DNA from: Mobula hypostoma
Taxonomy: Eukaryota
Assembly: GCF_963921235.1 (NCBI RefSeq)
Contig: NC_086108.1
Coordinates: 12,524,001-12,588,000, forward strand
Direction of reading: 5' to 3'
DNA length: 64,000 nucleotides
In this document: positions 12,881 through 26,786 of the stretch, one piece after another
How positions within the stretch are numbered: position 1 is the stretch's first letter
How the letters are laid out: the number at the start of each line of letters is the position of its first letter
Position numbers and translations under genes: made by a program
The notes under the pieces: model-generated
What the model was told of the DNA's origin: nothing
Database searches by the model: none
The model's input: only the letters and a program-made list of their open reading frames with translations

Positions 12881-13009
12881 AGTGTTAGAGTGGCCAGGCT
12901 TTGGCTCAACAGGCTTCGGTGAGAACACCACAGGCTAGAACTTAAGCTTGGGAATTTAGAGGCATAACAAGTGCAGGCAGGATGGTAGTTCAGGAGTAGA
13001 ATGCTATTC

Positions 13010-13225
13010 CTATAAAATGCAGGATTGCAGTGCACCTGACGGTCTCCCTGATGACTACATCTGCGTGAATTGCGCCCAACCTCAGCTCCTGACTGACAAG
13101 GGCAAAGAACAGGAGATGGAGCTGGATGTGTTCAGGACCATCCAGGACGCTGAAAGCCTCACAGATGAAATTCTCATGCAGTCATCACATCTAGAGTGCA
13201 AGCTTCAGATAGTAGGTTGGTGACC
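13010..13225 (+). mobile_element. CR1 ORF1 N-terminal (zinc finger/coiled-coil) fragment
   Basis: PDDYICVNCAQPQLLTD...EMELDVFRTI resembles CR1 ORF1. Confidence 0.5.
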
Positions 13226-13229
13226 ACGT

Positions 13230-15775
13230 GGAAGAGGTCTGTGTGTCTACATCAATAAGAACTGTTGTGTGAATGCTTTGGTAGTAACAGTCCAGTGCTC
13301 ACTGCAGGCCATTCTACTCACTGAGGGAGTTCACTGCCATTGTGATTATTGCTGTTTATATCCACCCCCCATCCCCGTGCTAGTACTGGAGAAGCGCTGC
13401 AGGAGCTCTATGGCGTAATCTGCAACCTCAAAGCCACTCACCCCAGTGCTGTCTTCATTGTTACTGGTGACGTCAATCATGCCTGCCAGAGTTCTACCAG
13501 CATGTCAACTTCACAACCAGAGGAGAGAATACATTAGGCATGGTTTATACTGACGTTCATGAGGACTGTAGGCTATTGCCACCCCACCTCAGATACTCAG
13601 ACCTTATATCCACTTTGCTAATCCCTGCACACAGTCCAGCGGTCAAATGAGTCAGACAGTTCACTGGGAGACCAGGACATGGCCAGAAGGTGCCACCTCA
13701 GAGCTGCAGGACTGTTTTGAAAGCACAGACTGGACTGTATTCACGGAGGCGGCTATCTACACTCATCGCGTCAACATTGATGAATATGTGGGATCGGTGA
13801 CTGGCTATATAGCAAAATGCATTGAGGATGTTACCATGGTTAAACACAACACCACCATGGCAAGCCAGAAACCACGGCTGACTGCAGAGGTCCGTGCACT
13901 GCTTAGGGATCTGGAGACAGGTTAGTAAGAGCCACACTCTCCCATGCCGTCAGGAAGGCAAAGTGTGAGTATGCACAGAAAATTCACAGACACTTTTGTA
14001 GCACCGGGGACACACGGCCATGTGGCAAAGTATACAAACTATAACCAACAAGTCCTCTCTGCATGTCAACAACAGCAATGTCTCCCACCCTGACAGGCTG
14101 AATGTTTTCTATGCAGACTTTGAGCAATTGAATGATGTGACATCGAGGGAAAGCCCCTCTCTCCCCGAGGAACAGGCACCCTGTCCGGCCACAGCTGAGG
14201 TGAGGAGGACCCCAGCCAGGGTAACCCCTCACAAAGCTGCAGGGCTGGACAACATACCTGGTCAGGTGCTGAGGGACAGTGTGGCCCAGCTAACAGAGAT
14301 CCTAATGGACATTTTTAATATCTCTCTGAAACAGTCTACTGTCCCGACAGGCATCAAGACAGCTGCCATCATTCTGGTGCCCAGAAGAGCCTCAGTAACT
14401 CACCCAAATGATTACCAGCCAGTGGTGCTGACTTGAACAATCATGAAATGCTTTGAGTGGCTGGTAATGTATTTATAAACTCCCAACTTCCAGTTATATT
14501 GGACCCTTTCCTATTTGCCTACCACTCAAACCAGTCCACTGATTCTACAGTCTCAGCCCTCCACTCTGTCCTTTCCCACTTCGAAAACGACACCTTGTAC
14601 ACTGTAAAGTTGTTCATCAACTTCAGCTCCGCGTGATCATCTCTCAGAGGCTGGTGGGTAAACTGTCCTCGGTGGGATTCAACGCCCCTCTCTGAAACTG
14701 AATCTTGGGCTTCTTGACAGGAAGATCCCAGTCAGTCTGAGTTGGGAGCAACATCTCCAGCTCCATCACGCTGATCACTGGTGCCCCCCTCCCCCCCAGG
14801 GTTGTGTACTCAGTCCACTGCTGACTCACGACTGCACTGACAGATCCAGCTCAAACGGTACCATCAAGCTCCCTGATGATTCTACAGTGACTGGCTCAGC
14901 AGTGGCGTACAGACGGGAAGTGGAGAGACTCGTCAAATGGTGCAAGAACAACAATTGAGTCTCAGTGTCGACAAGTCAAAAGAGATGATTGTGGACTTCA
15001 GGAAGGCACAGGTCGACCACTCTCCGTTGCATATCCATGGCTCTGCCGTGGAGAGAGTGAAGAGTACAAAGTTGCATGGTGTGCACATGGAGGACGATCT
15101 AACCTGGACTCACAGCACCTCTTCACTAGTCAAGAAGGCACAGCAGCATCTTCACTTTCCGAGGAGACTGAGATGTGCAAGGCTCCCCGCTCCCCGCCCC
15201 GATTCTAACGAATTTCTACAGGAGCACCATCAAGTGTGTCCTGTCTGGCTGCATCATTGTGTGATATGGAAGCTGAGAGGTGTTGGGCTGCAAGACACTG
15301 CAAAGGCCGGTGAAAACCACCGAGGGGATCATCAGGACCTCCCTCCTCCCTATTTGTGACATTTACCAGCAGCGTTGCGGACAAAGGGCCCAAAGCATTG
15401 TTGAGGATCCCTACCACCCATCCCACAAACTCTTTGACCCATTACCATCAGGAAGGAGATACAGAAGCATCAGGATTAGGACAGACAGACTGGGTAACAG
15501 CTTCTTCCCTCAGGCTGAGAGTCTAATGAATACCCTGCCATCACCGAGGTCTCGTCACTAGAGGATTATGGTTTACTGTACTGCTTACTGTTTACTGTTT
15601 ATTTGTGCTGTGTACTATATTCATTTTAATTTTTTTTGGCTTATTTATGTTAATATTTTGTTTTACGTGCTGTGTATGATATGCTCTGTGTGTGCACTGT
15701 GGTCCAGAGGAACATTATTTCATTTAGTTGTATACTGTCAGGTGACAGTAAACTTGACCTTAAACTTTAACTTGA
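13230..15775 (+). mobile_element. Degenerate Rex1/Babar-like LINE (endonuclease + RT remnants, 3' tail)
   Basis: FIVTGDVNHA; LQDCFESTDW; KAAGLDNIPGQVLR...DIFNISL...NDYQPVVLT; DPYHPSHKLFDPLPSGRRYRSIR...NSFFPQA; (AACTT)n tail; many stops and frameshifts. Confidence 0.85.
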
Positions 15776-15977
15776 CCCCATAACCTTTGACACCCTTGTT
15801 GAGGACACCTGCCACCAATCCCACAATCTTTTAGACCCGCTATCATCAGGAAGGAGGAACAGGAGCATCAGGACTAGGACTGCCAGGGTGGGTAACAGCT
15901 TCTTCCCTCAGGCTGTGAGACTAACGAATACCCTGCACCACTGAGGCCTTGTCAATGGGGTAGTGAGCTGTTTAATT

Positions 15978-16335
15978 GTTGAATGTTGAAAGGCCTCGAT
16001 AGAGTGGATATGGAGAGGATGTTTCCTACGGTGGGGGAATCCAAGACCAAAAAACACAGCCTCAGAATATTTAGAATGGAGATGAGGAGGAATTTCTTTA
16101 GCCAGAGTATGGTGAATCTGCGGAATTTGTTGCCACAGACGGCTGTGGAGGCCATGTCATTGGGTATATTTAAGGCAAAGGCCGATAGATTCTTGATTGG
16201 TCAGGGCATGAAGGGATACGGGGAGAAGGCGGTAGATGGGGACTGGGAGGGAAAACGGATCAGCCACGATCAAATTGTGGAGCGGACTTGATGGCCCAAA
16301 TGGCCCGATACTGTCCCTATATCTGATGGTCTTAC
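15978..16335 (+). mobile_element. CR1 3' fragment inside a second Rex1-like 3' end (15798-16755)
   Basis: MLKGLDRVDMERMFP...RRNFFSQ; the flanks repeat the 15400-15770 sequence. Confidence 0.7.
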
Positions 16336-16373
16336 GTTGGTGCTGTGCTTTACGACATGCATGTTGAATTATA

Positions 16374-16444
16374 CAATACTGTGTAAAAGTCTTGGGCACA
16401 GATATGTAAATAGCTAAGGCACCTAAGAGCTTTGCACAGTACTG
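16374..16444. mobile_element. Tc1/mariner-type mini-MITE (second copy at 16544-16612)
   Basis: TA-flanked inverted repeats CAATACTGTGTAAAAGTCTTGGGCAC / CACCTAAGAGCTTTGCACAGTACTG. Confidence 0.65.
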
Positions 16445-17284
16445 TATATTATGTCTGTCCAGTTACCAAATAACACTTCATACTACTGAGCTAATACAAA
16501 GCTAAGTATTCTAATTTCTGTTTCCCAGTCACCTTCCATTGTACAGTACTCTGTGAAAGTCTTAGGCACCCTACCTATATATCGATGTGCCAAAGGGTTT
16601 TCAACAGAACTGTATTTTGGGTAAAATTTATGGTAATTTTTTTAATGTGCTGTGTATGATACATGTTGTGTGGGAGCACTGTGGTCCGGAGGAACTTCGT
16701 TTTATTTGGTTGTACATATGTACAGTCAGATAACAATAAACTTGAACTTGACTTGATGGGCCAAATGGCCTAATTCTGCTCCTATCTCTTAACCCAGGAA
16801 TAAGCTTTGAAGTAAGGTTTGTTTGAACCCTTGGGAATAAAACTAAGTTTTTTTCTCATCTGTACGTTCTGAACCACCATTTCTGGTAAGGGCACGGAAT
16901 CGGAGAAGCAAAAAGATATTTCATCACAGTAATATCCTGCAACCTGTTGTCCTTTTACTAAAGCGATGTATCTTGAAAACAGAATTTGCCTCAGGCTTTC
17001 TGCTTTCCAATTAAGTTTTTATCGAAAAGCAAACATCAGTTGGAACGAATAGCCACATCCAAAAATGTACCACTTTCGGCAGATCCACATCTGGATCCAA
17101 ACTGTTTCTGGAGTGAAGGAGCATAAACACGGGCACCAGGAAATCAGTCATCCCTCCCTTCCCTTCACTTTCCACATAAACATCACAACTGGTGTAATCC
17201 AGCTCTCCAATGACACCGGCTGCATCCCTTCAGCTTTTCATATCCTCCGAAACTTCACAGATTCATTCCTCAGTACAGCACCTC

Positions 17285-19020
17285 CCCTCTCCACACAGCC
17301 CTACCCCACCCCTCCTCTCCTCACATTCCCTCACCCCATCCGTCCATCTCCTCCATCCCCTCACCTCATCCCATCTCTCCCCTCATCCCCTCACCTCATC
17401 CCTCCATCCCCTCATCCCCTCACCTCATCCCTCCTCTCCCCTCATCCCCTAACCTCATCCCTCCATCCCCTCACCTCATCCCTCCTCTCCCCTCATCCCC
17501 TCACCTCATCCCTCCTCTCCCCTCACCTCATCCCTTCTCTCCCCTCATCCCCTCACCTCATCCCTCCTCTCCCCTTATCCCCTCACCTCATCCTTCCATC
17601 CCCTCACCTCATCCCTCCATCCCCTCACCTCATCCCTCCTCTCCCCTCATCCCCTCACCTCATCCCTCCTCTCCCCTCACCTCATCTCTTCTCTCCCCTC
17701 ATCCCCTCACCTCATCTCTCCTCTCCCCTCATTCCCTCACCTCATCCCTCCATCCCCTCACCTCATCCCTCCTCTCCCCTCATCCCCTCACCTCATCCCT
17801 CCTCTCCCCTCACCTCATCCCTTCTCTCCCCTCATCCCCTCACCTCATCCCTCCTCTCCCCTTATCCCCTCACCTCATCCTTCCATCCCCTCACCTCATC
17901 CCTCCATCCCCTCACCTCATCCCTCCTCTCCCCTCATCCCCTCACCTCATCCCTCCTCTCCCCTCACCTCATCCCTCCTCTCCCCTCATCCCCTCACCTC
18001 ATCCCTCCTCTCCCCTCACCTCATCCCTTCTCTCCCCTCATCCCCTCACCTCATCCCTCCTCTCCCCTCATCCCCTCACCTCATCCCTCCTCTCCCCTCA
18101 CCTCATCCCTTCTCTCCCCTCATCCCCTCACCTCATCCCTCCTCTCCCCACATCCCCTCACTCCCCAAATCCACATCCCTCATCTGCTCTCTCACCACAT
18201 CCCCTCTCACCCTTCATCTCCTCTCTCCCCACATCCCCTCTCTCCCCTCATACCTTTTCCATTCACTCTCACCCTCTCACCTCATCACCTCTCACCCCAT
18301 GTATACTTTCTCCCTTCATTCCTCCCCTCATTCCCTCTATCCATTCATTCCTTCTCTCCCCACATTCCATTTCTCCTAATCCTACCCTCATTACCTCTCT
18401 CTGTTCATACACTGTCGCACATCCCCTCGCTCCCCTCAATCCCTCCCCACATTGCCTCTCTCTAACATCATCCCCTCTCTCCCCAAACAACTCACTCCCC
18501 ACATCCCCTCTCTCACCATATCCTCTCTCTTCACATCCACTCCCCAATTAACTCTCTTCCCACATCCCCTCTCTCCCACATCCCCTTTCTCACCATATCC
18601 CCTCTCTCCCACATCCTCTCTCTCTCACATCCCGTCTCTCCCCACATCTCCTCTATCTTCTCATCCCCTCTCTCACCACATCTCCTCTCTCCCCACATCC
18701 CCCCTCTCCCCACATCCCCTCTCTCACCACATCCCCTCTCTCCCCACATCCACTCCCCAATCAACTCTCTTCCCACATCCCCCCTCTCCCACATCCCCTC
18801 TCTCCCTAATCCCCTCTCTCACCATATCCTCTCTCTCTCTACATCCTCCCTCTCCCCACATTCACTCCCCAATCAACTCTCTTCCCACATGCCCCTTTTC
18901 CCACATCTCCTCTCTCCCCACATCCCCTCTCTCCCACACACCCTCTCTCCCACATCCCCTCTCTCCCCACATCTCTTCTCTCCTCTCATCCCCACTCTCC
19001 CCATATCCCTTCATTCCAGG
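17285..19020. repeat. C-rich low-complexity/minisatellite tract (CCCCTCACCTCAT and CCCCACAT variants)
   Basis: About 1.7 kb nearly G-free plus strand; source of the P/S/H-rich ORFs. Confidence 0.95.
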
Positions 19021-19842
19021 GATCATCTAATATACCCTCAGGTTATTCCCTCTCTCACCCTCACCATCAGCTCCATTTAACCTCACATCCAGTCTAATCC
19101 CCTGACCTCTCTCCCAGTCCCTGCCCATTTGAAAAACAATCAAGGAACACCAAATTTCAGTGATATTTGGAGAAATCAGAATTCCCAAAAAGTCCTTCTT
19201 TCACTAAGGACAAGGAGAATCAATTTCAGAAAATTCTATTTACATCTTTAAAGACATTTAAAGTTTATTAAGTCTAATTAATTTTCCTTAATTGCCTTTG
19301 CATGAATGCATCGATATTCAAAAGTTGAATTAAAACGCGGTACAATTAAACTCATAAGCGAGCACCTTCAGTCTGTCTATTTACTGAAGATAATTGAATC
19401 TGGCCCTGGAAGTCCCAAAGCTCTGAGACCACAATTAGAATTCCACATATTATTACTGTTAATCAAACTCTCACAGCACAGATTATGTACGAAGTAAAAT
19501 TCCTTCTGCGCTACCCCCGCCGTGCATTCCCAGAGCACGTATAGCACCAGCATCTGCAGGTCTGGGGGTCAGAGCATCTGGAGGAGAAGACTCTCCAAAC
19601 AACATTGCATTTATTTGCACAGACAGAGCTGTAACTGAACCACCACCTGCTGTGAGTAGAGCTGGTCGCACTCTGTGTCTGTGGGTGTGGGCTGTCTCCA
19701 GGCACTTCAACAACAGCCCCTTTGCTTCGGAAGAAGACCACATCAGGGATGACCTGCTGTACACCTTCTCAGGAACATTGCCAGGTCTGGTTCTGCACGG
19801 GCCAGGCAAGAAAATGGTCCTCACAGTGGTGTAGGACATAGC

Positions 19843-20345
19843 AAGTCAAGTCAAGTCAAGTTTATTGTCGTTTAACTATATACACGTGTACCATCAAACA
19901 AGGCAACATTTCTTTCCACCAGAGTGTAAAGCACACACATAACACACAATAACTTAGGAAAGTAAGAATTAAATTTGCAAATGAATTACGCATAGATAAA
20001 CAAAATAAAGTGCATAAATTGTAGAGTACAGTACAAATTATCTAGTGACACTTCGAATATGATGTGGCAGCAAGTTCAGAAGCCGAATGGTCTGAGTGAA
20101 GAAGCTGTTTCCCATCCTGCCCGTTCTTGACTTAATGCGTCAGAGTCTCCTGCATGATGGTAGATCGTCAAAGAGGATGCTGGATGGGTGGGCGGGATCC
20201 TAGATAATACTAAGGGCCCTGCGCATGTAGCACTCCTGATAAATGTCCCGAATGGATGGTAGGGAGACCCAGTGATCCTCTCAGCCGTTCTCATAGTCCT
20301 TTGAAGGGACTTCCGGTCCGAAGCTCTGCTGCTCCCATACCAGAT
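19843..20345 (-). mobile_element. Rex1/Babar-like LINE 3' end
   Basis: (CAAGT)n tail on plus strand; RTAERITG..., DPAHP-like codons. Confidence 0.7.
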
Positions 20346-21077
20346 GAATACCAGAAGATCTCTTTGGCTGCACCCTCTGCTCAGAAGAGGGAGAAATATT
20401 TTGGATTCATGGTAGATCAGAGATGGGTGGACTCTCTGCCAAAGGAGAGATGATTTACATTGAGCACCATGAACTCCTCAATCGGGTGAGTCAAAGTCAA
20501 CACAGCTCCACGGCCAGTAAGCCTGAAGTAGTTGGTGGAGAGTCATCACTCTCCCAGGCACAGGACAGATCTGTTCACAGTCATTAATGTAGCCAAGAAC
20601 CATCAGGTGGTTTCCATGCTGTGGAACTGGTTGTCACTTTCTGGCTGCCTCTCTGCCAACAGTCCTAATCTGTAGGTGCACTGATGAAGTGTCTCAGCCT
20701 GAGTCTTTATGGTCTTTATTCCCCTCCATAGATGCTGCCTGACCTGCTAAGTTCCCCTAGCATTTTGTGTGGATTTTTAGCATCCCTTGTGTTCAACACT
20801 TTAAATTTGCTTATTACAAAAGAACGAGATTAGAAATGGAGTTGGGTGGTGAAATGGAAATATATCTTTACCAAAAGAGATGTCCTCCAAGAGGACCACA
20901 ACCTTGTCGTGGTGTGGAGGCTTGCACGCCTCAGTGACCTAGAGAGCTATATTGCCAAGAACAACCATGGTCAAAGACCACAATCGCCCATGTCATACGA
21001 CATGGCACATAACAATAATGATGATGATGATGATGCTGAAGATGATGATGAGAAATGGAGGGAAATTCCTCCTATGC

Positions 21078-21890
21078 AACACATACAAAATGCTGGAGGA
21101 ATTCAGCAGGTCAGGCAGATTCCATAGAAATGAATAAACAGTCGACATTTCAGGCCGAGACCCTTCTTCAGGATAAAAAGGATTAAAAGGTTGGGGGAGG
21201 GGAAGGAGGCTAGCTGGAGGAAGATAGGTGAAGCCAGGTGGGTGGGAAAGGTAAAGGACTGGAGCGGAAGGAATCTTGTAGGAGAAGAGAGTGAACCATA
21301 GGAGAAAGGGGAAGTGATGGGCAGGTGGGAGGAGGTAAAAGGTCAGAGTGGGGAATAGAAAAATGTGGAGATGGTGAAATTGTTTACTAGAAGGAGAGAT
21401 CAACATTCATGCTATCAGGCTGGAGAGTACCCTGAGGGTGGCCTCACCTTGGCTCAAGAGGAGGCCAGGAACCAACACACCAGAAACAGGAATGGGAATC
21501 AGAATGAAAATGTTTGGCCACTGGGAAGTCCCACTTGTGGCAGATGGTGTGGAGGGGCTTGATGATGTGGCCCCGCAATTTACATCAGGTCTGACCAGTG
21601 TAGAGGAGGCCACATTGGGAGGACCGGGCATAATAGATGACCCCAATAGATTCTCAGGTGAAGTGTTGCCTCACCTGGAAGGACTGTTTGGGGCCCTGAA
21701 TGGAGGTGAGGGAGGAGGTGTGTGGGCAGGTGTAGCACTTAGGCCGCTTGCAGGGATAAGTGCGTGGAGGGACGAATGGACAAGGGAATCGCAGAGCGAT
21801 CCCTGTAGAAAGCGGAGAGAAGAGGGAGGTAATTGTTTAGTAGTAGGATCCCTTTGGAGATGGTGGAAGTTGAGGATATAATGTGCTGGA
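21078..21890 (-). mobile_element. Penelope-like element 3' remnant (GIY-YIG endonuclease + terminal repeat)
   Basis: Minus-strand codons for TCPH, FQVRQHF, GLLYTGQT and GLLL.Q.EATLRV; terminal CAGCATTTTGTATGTGTTG repeat. Confidence 0.7.
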
Positions 21891-22638
21891 TACAGAACTC
21901 CTCCACACTCTTGGGTCAGAGACAGAATTCCTTTAAATGTGGTATCAAACTGCACCGGAATTACACTGCCTCGGCAGCCACCAGGCAAAGCCTCATGTTG
22001 TACGTTACCACAATGTCCACCTGTCCAAAAGTCCCCTCATTAACAGCTGGCGTCTCTAGTCAGACTGTCAGGCCCAGAACTTCCTAAAGCTCTTTAAAGA
22101 AGACTCCTCCCAATGAGAATCATTTCAAAACAATAGTTCATTGTCCTTTGAAGAAAAGCAAATTAATTCAAATATATTCAGTCAATTTCTTGAAAGTTGA
22201 ACAAAGAATAAGAGAGTTATAAAACCTGACGTGTCAAGAATATTGACAGACTTAGCAATTTGCATAATTAGAGCTGGAGTTTTTTTTATCTTCAGTGTTG
22301 GCGGAGTTCAGCTAGGATCCGCCCTCTGCCTTTGTAGTTTCTCTGTCTCGCCGGCAGAGCCAGTTGCACTGCTTCCCCTCCACTATTCTTTGTTTTTTCT
22401 CCAATCTGCAGGCCTTTTAATGGGAATAAACTAAAACAGGAGGAAACCATTCTTTTCCTTCAGCCGTTTCACAACTCAGCCGATCAGTATCTCAGCCACC
22501 TTGACTGGACCCATCCCACATCACTTCCTCACAACCTGCCTCACAGATATGCAACTTTCAAATTTCTTTCAGAATCAGCTGCTCTGTTTTTTTTAGAATT
22601 CCTGATTTCTCTAAACACAAGAGATTCTGCAGATGCTG

Positions 22639-22868
22639 GAAATCCAGAGTAACACACTTAAAAAGCTGGAAAAACCCAGTAGGTCTGTTAGCATCTGTGG
22701 AACGGAATAAACAGATGAGGTTTCAGGCTGAGTCTCTTAATCAGGACTGATGAAAAGATCCCATTGAAGTCTCTCAGCCCAGAAGATCAGCTGTCTTTTT
22801 TCCCCTCCACAGATGCTGCCTGTCCTGCTGAGTTCCTCCAGTATTTTGTATGTGTTACTCTGGATTTC
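22639..22868. mobile_element. Palindromic derivative of a Penelope-like terminal repeat
   Basis: Perfect outer arms GAAATCCAGAGTAACACA / TGTGTTACTCTGGATTTC. Confidence 0.7.
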
Positions 22869-25063
22869 TTTGTTCAAAGTTCAAAGTAAATTTATTATCA
22901 AAGTACATACATGTCACCACTATACAACCCTGCGATCCATTTGCTTATGGGCATACTTATTAAATCAATAGAATAATAACCATAACAGAACATAGAACAA
23001 TACAGCACAGGAGCAGGCCATTCGGCCCACAACGTTATGCCGAGCCAGCTAAAAAGTGAATCACAATCCCCCAAAAGCCAATCCCTCCTACCTACACAAC
23101 ATTCATTCACCTCCATCTCCCTCATATTCCTGTGCCAATGCAAGACTACCCAACTAGGACATTCAACCAGAGTGCAGAAGAGAAAAAACTGTGTAAACAC
23201 ACAAAAAAAGGAAATAACAATAAATAAGTAAGCAACAAATATCAAGAACATGAGGTGAAGAGTTCTTAAAAGTGAGTCCATGGGTTGTAGGAACATCTCA
23301 AGGGGGCAAGTGAAGTTGAGTGAAATTATCTCCTTTTACTCAGGAGACTGATAGTTGAGGGGTGGTAACTGTTCTTGAAACTGGTGGCAGGTCCTGAGGC
23401 TCTTGTACCTTCTACGTGATGGTAACAGTGAGAAGAGAGCATGTCCTGGGTCATGGGAGTCCCTGATGATGGATGCTGCTTTCCTTTGGAATATCTTGGG
23501 AAATATTAGTGATGGGAATTCAATATTCTAACCACCCCTTATGGGAAGATTTCCTTAAATTCATTCAGTAACTTGTTTTTCCACCCTTGTTATTTCTCCT
23601 ATCAATTAGTGGGAAGAATCTGACATCAATTTCTTCATTGTTTAACTTCAAAATACTAAAAATTAAATTTCTGATCTCCGTAATGAAGGATTAAATCCAT
23701 GAAATTCTACCTTCCAGCAGGAGGAGCATTCCGGTGAAATTAGTCTCCATTCTTTCCAATGCTGTTACATGGCGGAGCTCCCAGAACCAGACCCTGACTC
23801 ATCTGTGCCAATCAGTAAAGGCTCTGCCAGTTATAATCAGAGAGGGCACAGCAGGGACTTCACCCAAAAACTGCCAGGAATTGTTGGATCAGTTCTGCTG
23901 CTCTGCAGGGAGACTAGATCTACACAGCATGAAGTCAGAATCCTCATCAGTGGGGGACTTTGGTGAAGTGAGGGAAGTGAAGCTGTTAAACGATTAACTC
24001 CTTTACAGAAATAATGGTTTAAAAACAAAACCACTTACCAGCATAAAACCAAATGGTTCCTCCTCTTGTACGTCCTGCCTATAATGACTTCAATGTTGAT
24101 TTCTTTTTGACCTTTTGTCTTAAATCTTGTTCCTTTATCTCCCCTCATAAAGTTCTTTGACCCATCAAGCCTGTACTAGCCATCGAACCCACACTTTTAG
24201 TGAGTGTAGTTATCCCCTTTTATTCAAGAGCCTGCTGGTTGAGTCATACCCTGAACCTTAGGACTCACACCACCAGGTTCAGGAACAGTTACTATCCTTC
24301 AGCCATCAGGTTCTTGAACAGAAGGGGATAACTACACTCACTTGCCCCATCATTGAAACGTTCCCACAACCAATGTTCTCACTTTAAGGACTCTTCATCT
24401 CATTATCTCATGTTCTCATTATTTATTGCTTTTTATTTATTTTTGTATTTGCACAGTTTCTTGTCTTCTGCACTCTGGTTGATCTTTCATTCATCCTGTT
24501 ATAATAATTATTCTATAAATTTGCTGAATATGCCCACAAGAAAATGAAACTCAGAGTTGTATATAGTAACATATACGTACTTAAATAATCAAATTTACTT
24601 TGAACTTGACTAGTCTGACCTGAACCCATTAGAGAGTTCCCGTATTCCCATCACGTTCCTCTCAGTTTCTACCACGCAGGTACATGATGAACAACTTACT
24701 TTGAACACTACAGCACAGTGCAGGCGTTCATCCATGTTGTGCCAACCTTTTAATAAGCTCTAGGTTCAATCTAACCCTTCTCTCCTATATAGCCCTCCAT
24801 TTTTCTATCATCTATGCACCTATCTAAGAGCTTCTTAAATACCCCTAATGTATCTGCCTCTACCACCACCCCTGCCATGGCTTTACACACATCCACTATG
24901 CAAAATACTTACCTCTGACACCCCCCTGACAACCACCTTAAAATTATGCCCCCTGGTATTAAGCATTTCCACCCTGGGAAAAAGTCTCTGGCTGTCCATT
25001 TGATCTATGCCTCTTACCATCGTGTACACCTCTATTAAGTCACTTCTCGTCCTCATCAATCCT

Positions 25064-25720
25064 CATATGGCATCTATATCAATGATCTGGATGGCAATGT
25101 GGCTAACTAGATCAGCAGATTTGTGGATGATATCAAGATTCAGGTGTATTAGACAGTGAGCTTGCAGCGGGATATGGACCAGCTGGAAAAATGGGCTGAA
25201 AATTGGCAGATGGAGCCAATTGACATTGCACTTCAGTAGGACAAACAAGGGTAGATCTTACACAGTGTACAGTAGGGCACTGAGGAGTGCTGTGGAACAA
25301 AGGGATCTGGGAATACAGGTCCACAATTTATTGAAAATGATAGCACAGGTAGATCAGGGCATAAAGAAAGCTTCATAAATCAAACTACTGAGTACAGGAG
25401 ATGGGATGTTATGTTGAAGTTGTATCAGACATCAGTAAGGCCTAATTTGGAGTATTCTGTGCAGTTTTGGTCACCTATCTACAGGAAAGATGAAAATAAG
25501 GTTAAAAGAGTGCAGAGAAAATTTACAAGAATGTTGCTGGGATGGGAGGACCTCAGTTATGAGGAAAGATTGAGTAGACGAGGACTTTATTCCTTGGAAT
25601 GTAGAATATTGAGGGGAGATTTGATATAGGTGTATAAAATTATGAGGGCTATAGGTAGGATAAATACAAGCAGGCTTTTTCCACTGATGTTGGATGACAG
25701 TACAACTAAAACACAGTTTA
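25064..25720 (+). mobile_element. Degenerate CR1 RT fragment
   Basis: YINDLD and SRFVDD (FADD-like) codons; VRPNLEYSVQFWSPIYRKD. Confidence 0.8.
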
Positions 25721-26349
25721 TGATACACAATTTCGTAGTACCTGTAGTTCAATTGGTAGTGTTCTATCTTGTTCTGTATTTCATATAAATACATAATTTG
25801 TTACTAAGTTTGTCGTTTTTATCCTCCAAGAAGTGTGGTTTGGAGGTGTTTGTGCCTTAATGACCCAGAGAGCTATGCTGGCTGGAGTCAGGTCTTTATG
25901 CTTTGGCTCTTGGTAGGGTCACTCATGTGAAACAAGCCAAAGGTTAAAAGCCAAACTAAGAGTCGTCCACTAGTCTTCCAGGTTCGGGGGTTGATCTTAG
26001 GGCTAACAACCCTGACAGGTCAAAAAGCAATTGTTATGGAAACAGCAATGCTTCTACACAGACTGAGATAGAGGACATTCTTTGCTGCACTAAACATCAG
26101 CAGCGTAACAGCCAGGTGCCTCATCTTTTTTATACTTTTTCAACTAATTCCAGGAAATTTCAGCTAATAGCGGCAGCCGCTTAATTAGTCCAAGATGTAT
26201 TGGTCTTGATGTGTCCCAGTTGTCCAGAATCCACTGTATATCACAAACAGCAGAGATCCCTGTGCAACACCACTTGTCACAGATCTCCAGCCAGAATAAA
26301 TCCCATCTGAATCCAACCAGCCAAGTTTGGCCGTTTGGAATCCAAATGG

Positions 26350-26635
26350 TCATAGCTGCCATTGGTTAAGGGTGAAAGGTAAAAAGTTTAAGGGGAACAC
26401 GAGGGGAACTTCTTCCCTCGGGGTGGTGAGAGTGTGGAATGAGCTGCCAGTGCAGGTGGTGCAGGCGAGCTCCATTTCAATATTTAAGAGAAGTTTGGAT
26501 AGGTACATGGATGGTAGGGGTATGGAGGGCTGTAGTCCCAGTGCAGGTCAACGGGAGTAGGCAGTTTTAATGGTTTGGTACGGACTAGATGGGCCAAAGG
26601 GCCTGTTTCTGTGCTGTACTTTTCTATGACTCTAT
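26350..26635 (+). mobile_element. CR1 3' end
   Basis: VRVWNELP...FKRSLDRYMD and TTCTATGACTCTATG tail. Confidence 0.75.
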
Positions 26636-26786
26636 GAATGGGTTGGATAGATACTGGCCAGTGGATTTGTCATCGCTTTGAAGGGCACTTTAAACAAATT
26701 CAGGAGGGATTGAGAACCTGAGAAAGATCAAGGGGTGAAATGCAAAATGAGAAATAAATGGTAGAAAGTTTATGGGGGATTGGTAG

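Noticed and set aside
17065..19080. 466-aa and 192-aa Pro/Ser/His-rich ORFs
   Set aside because: Translations of a G-poor low-complexity tract that rarely forms stop codons.
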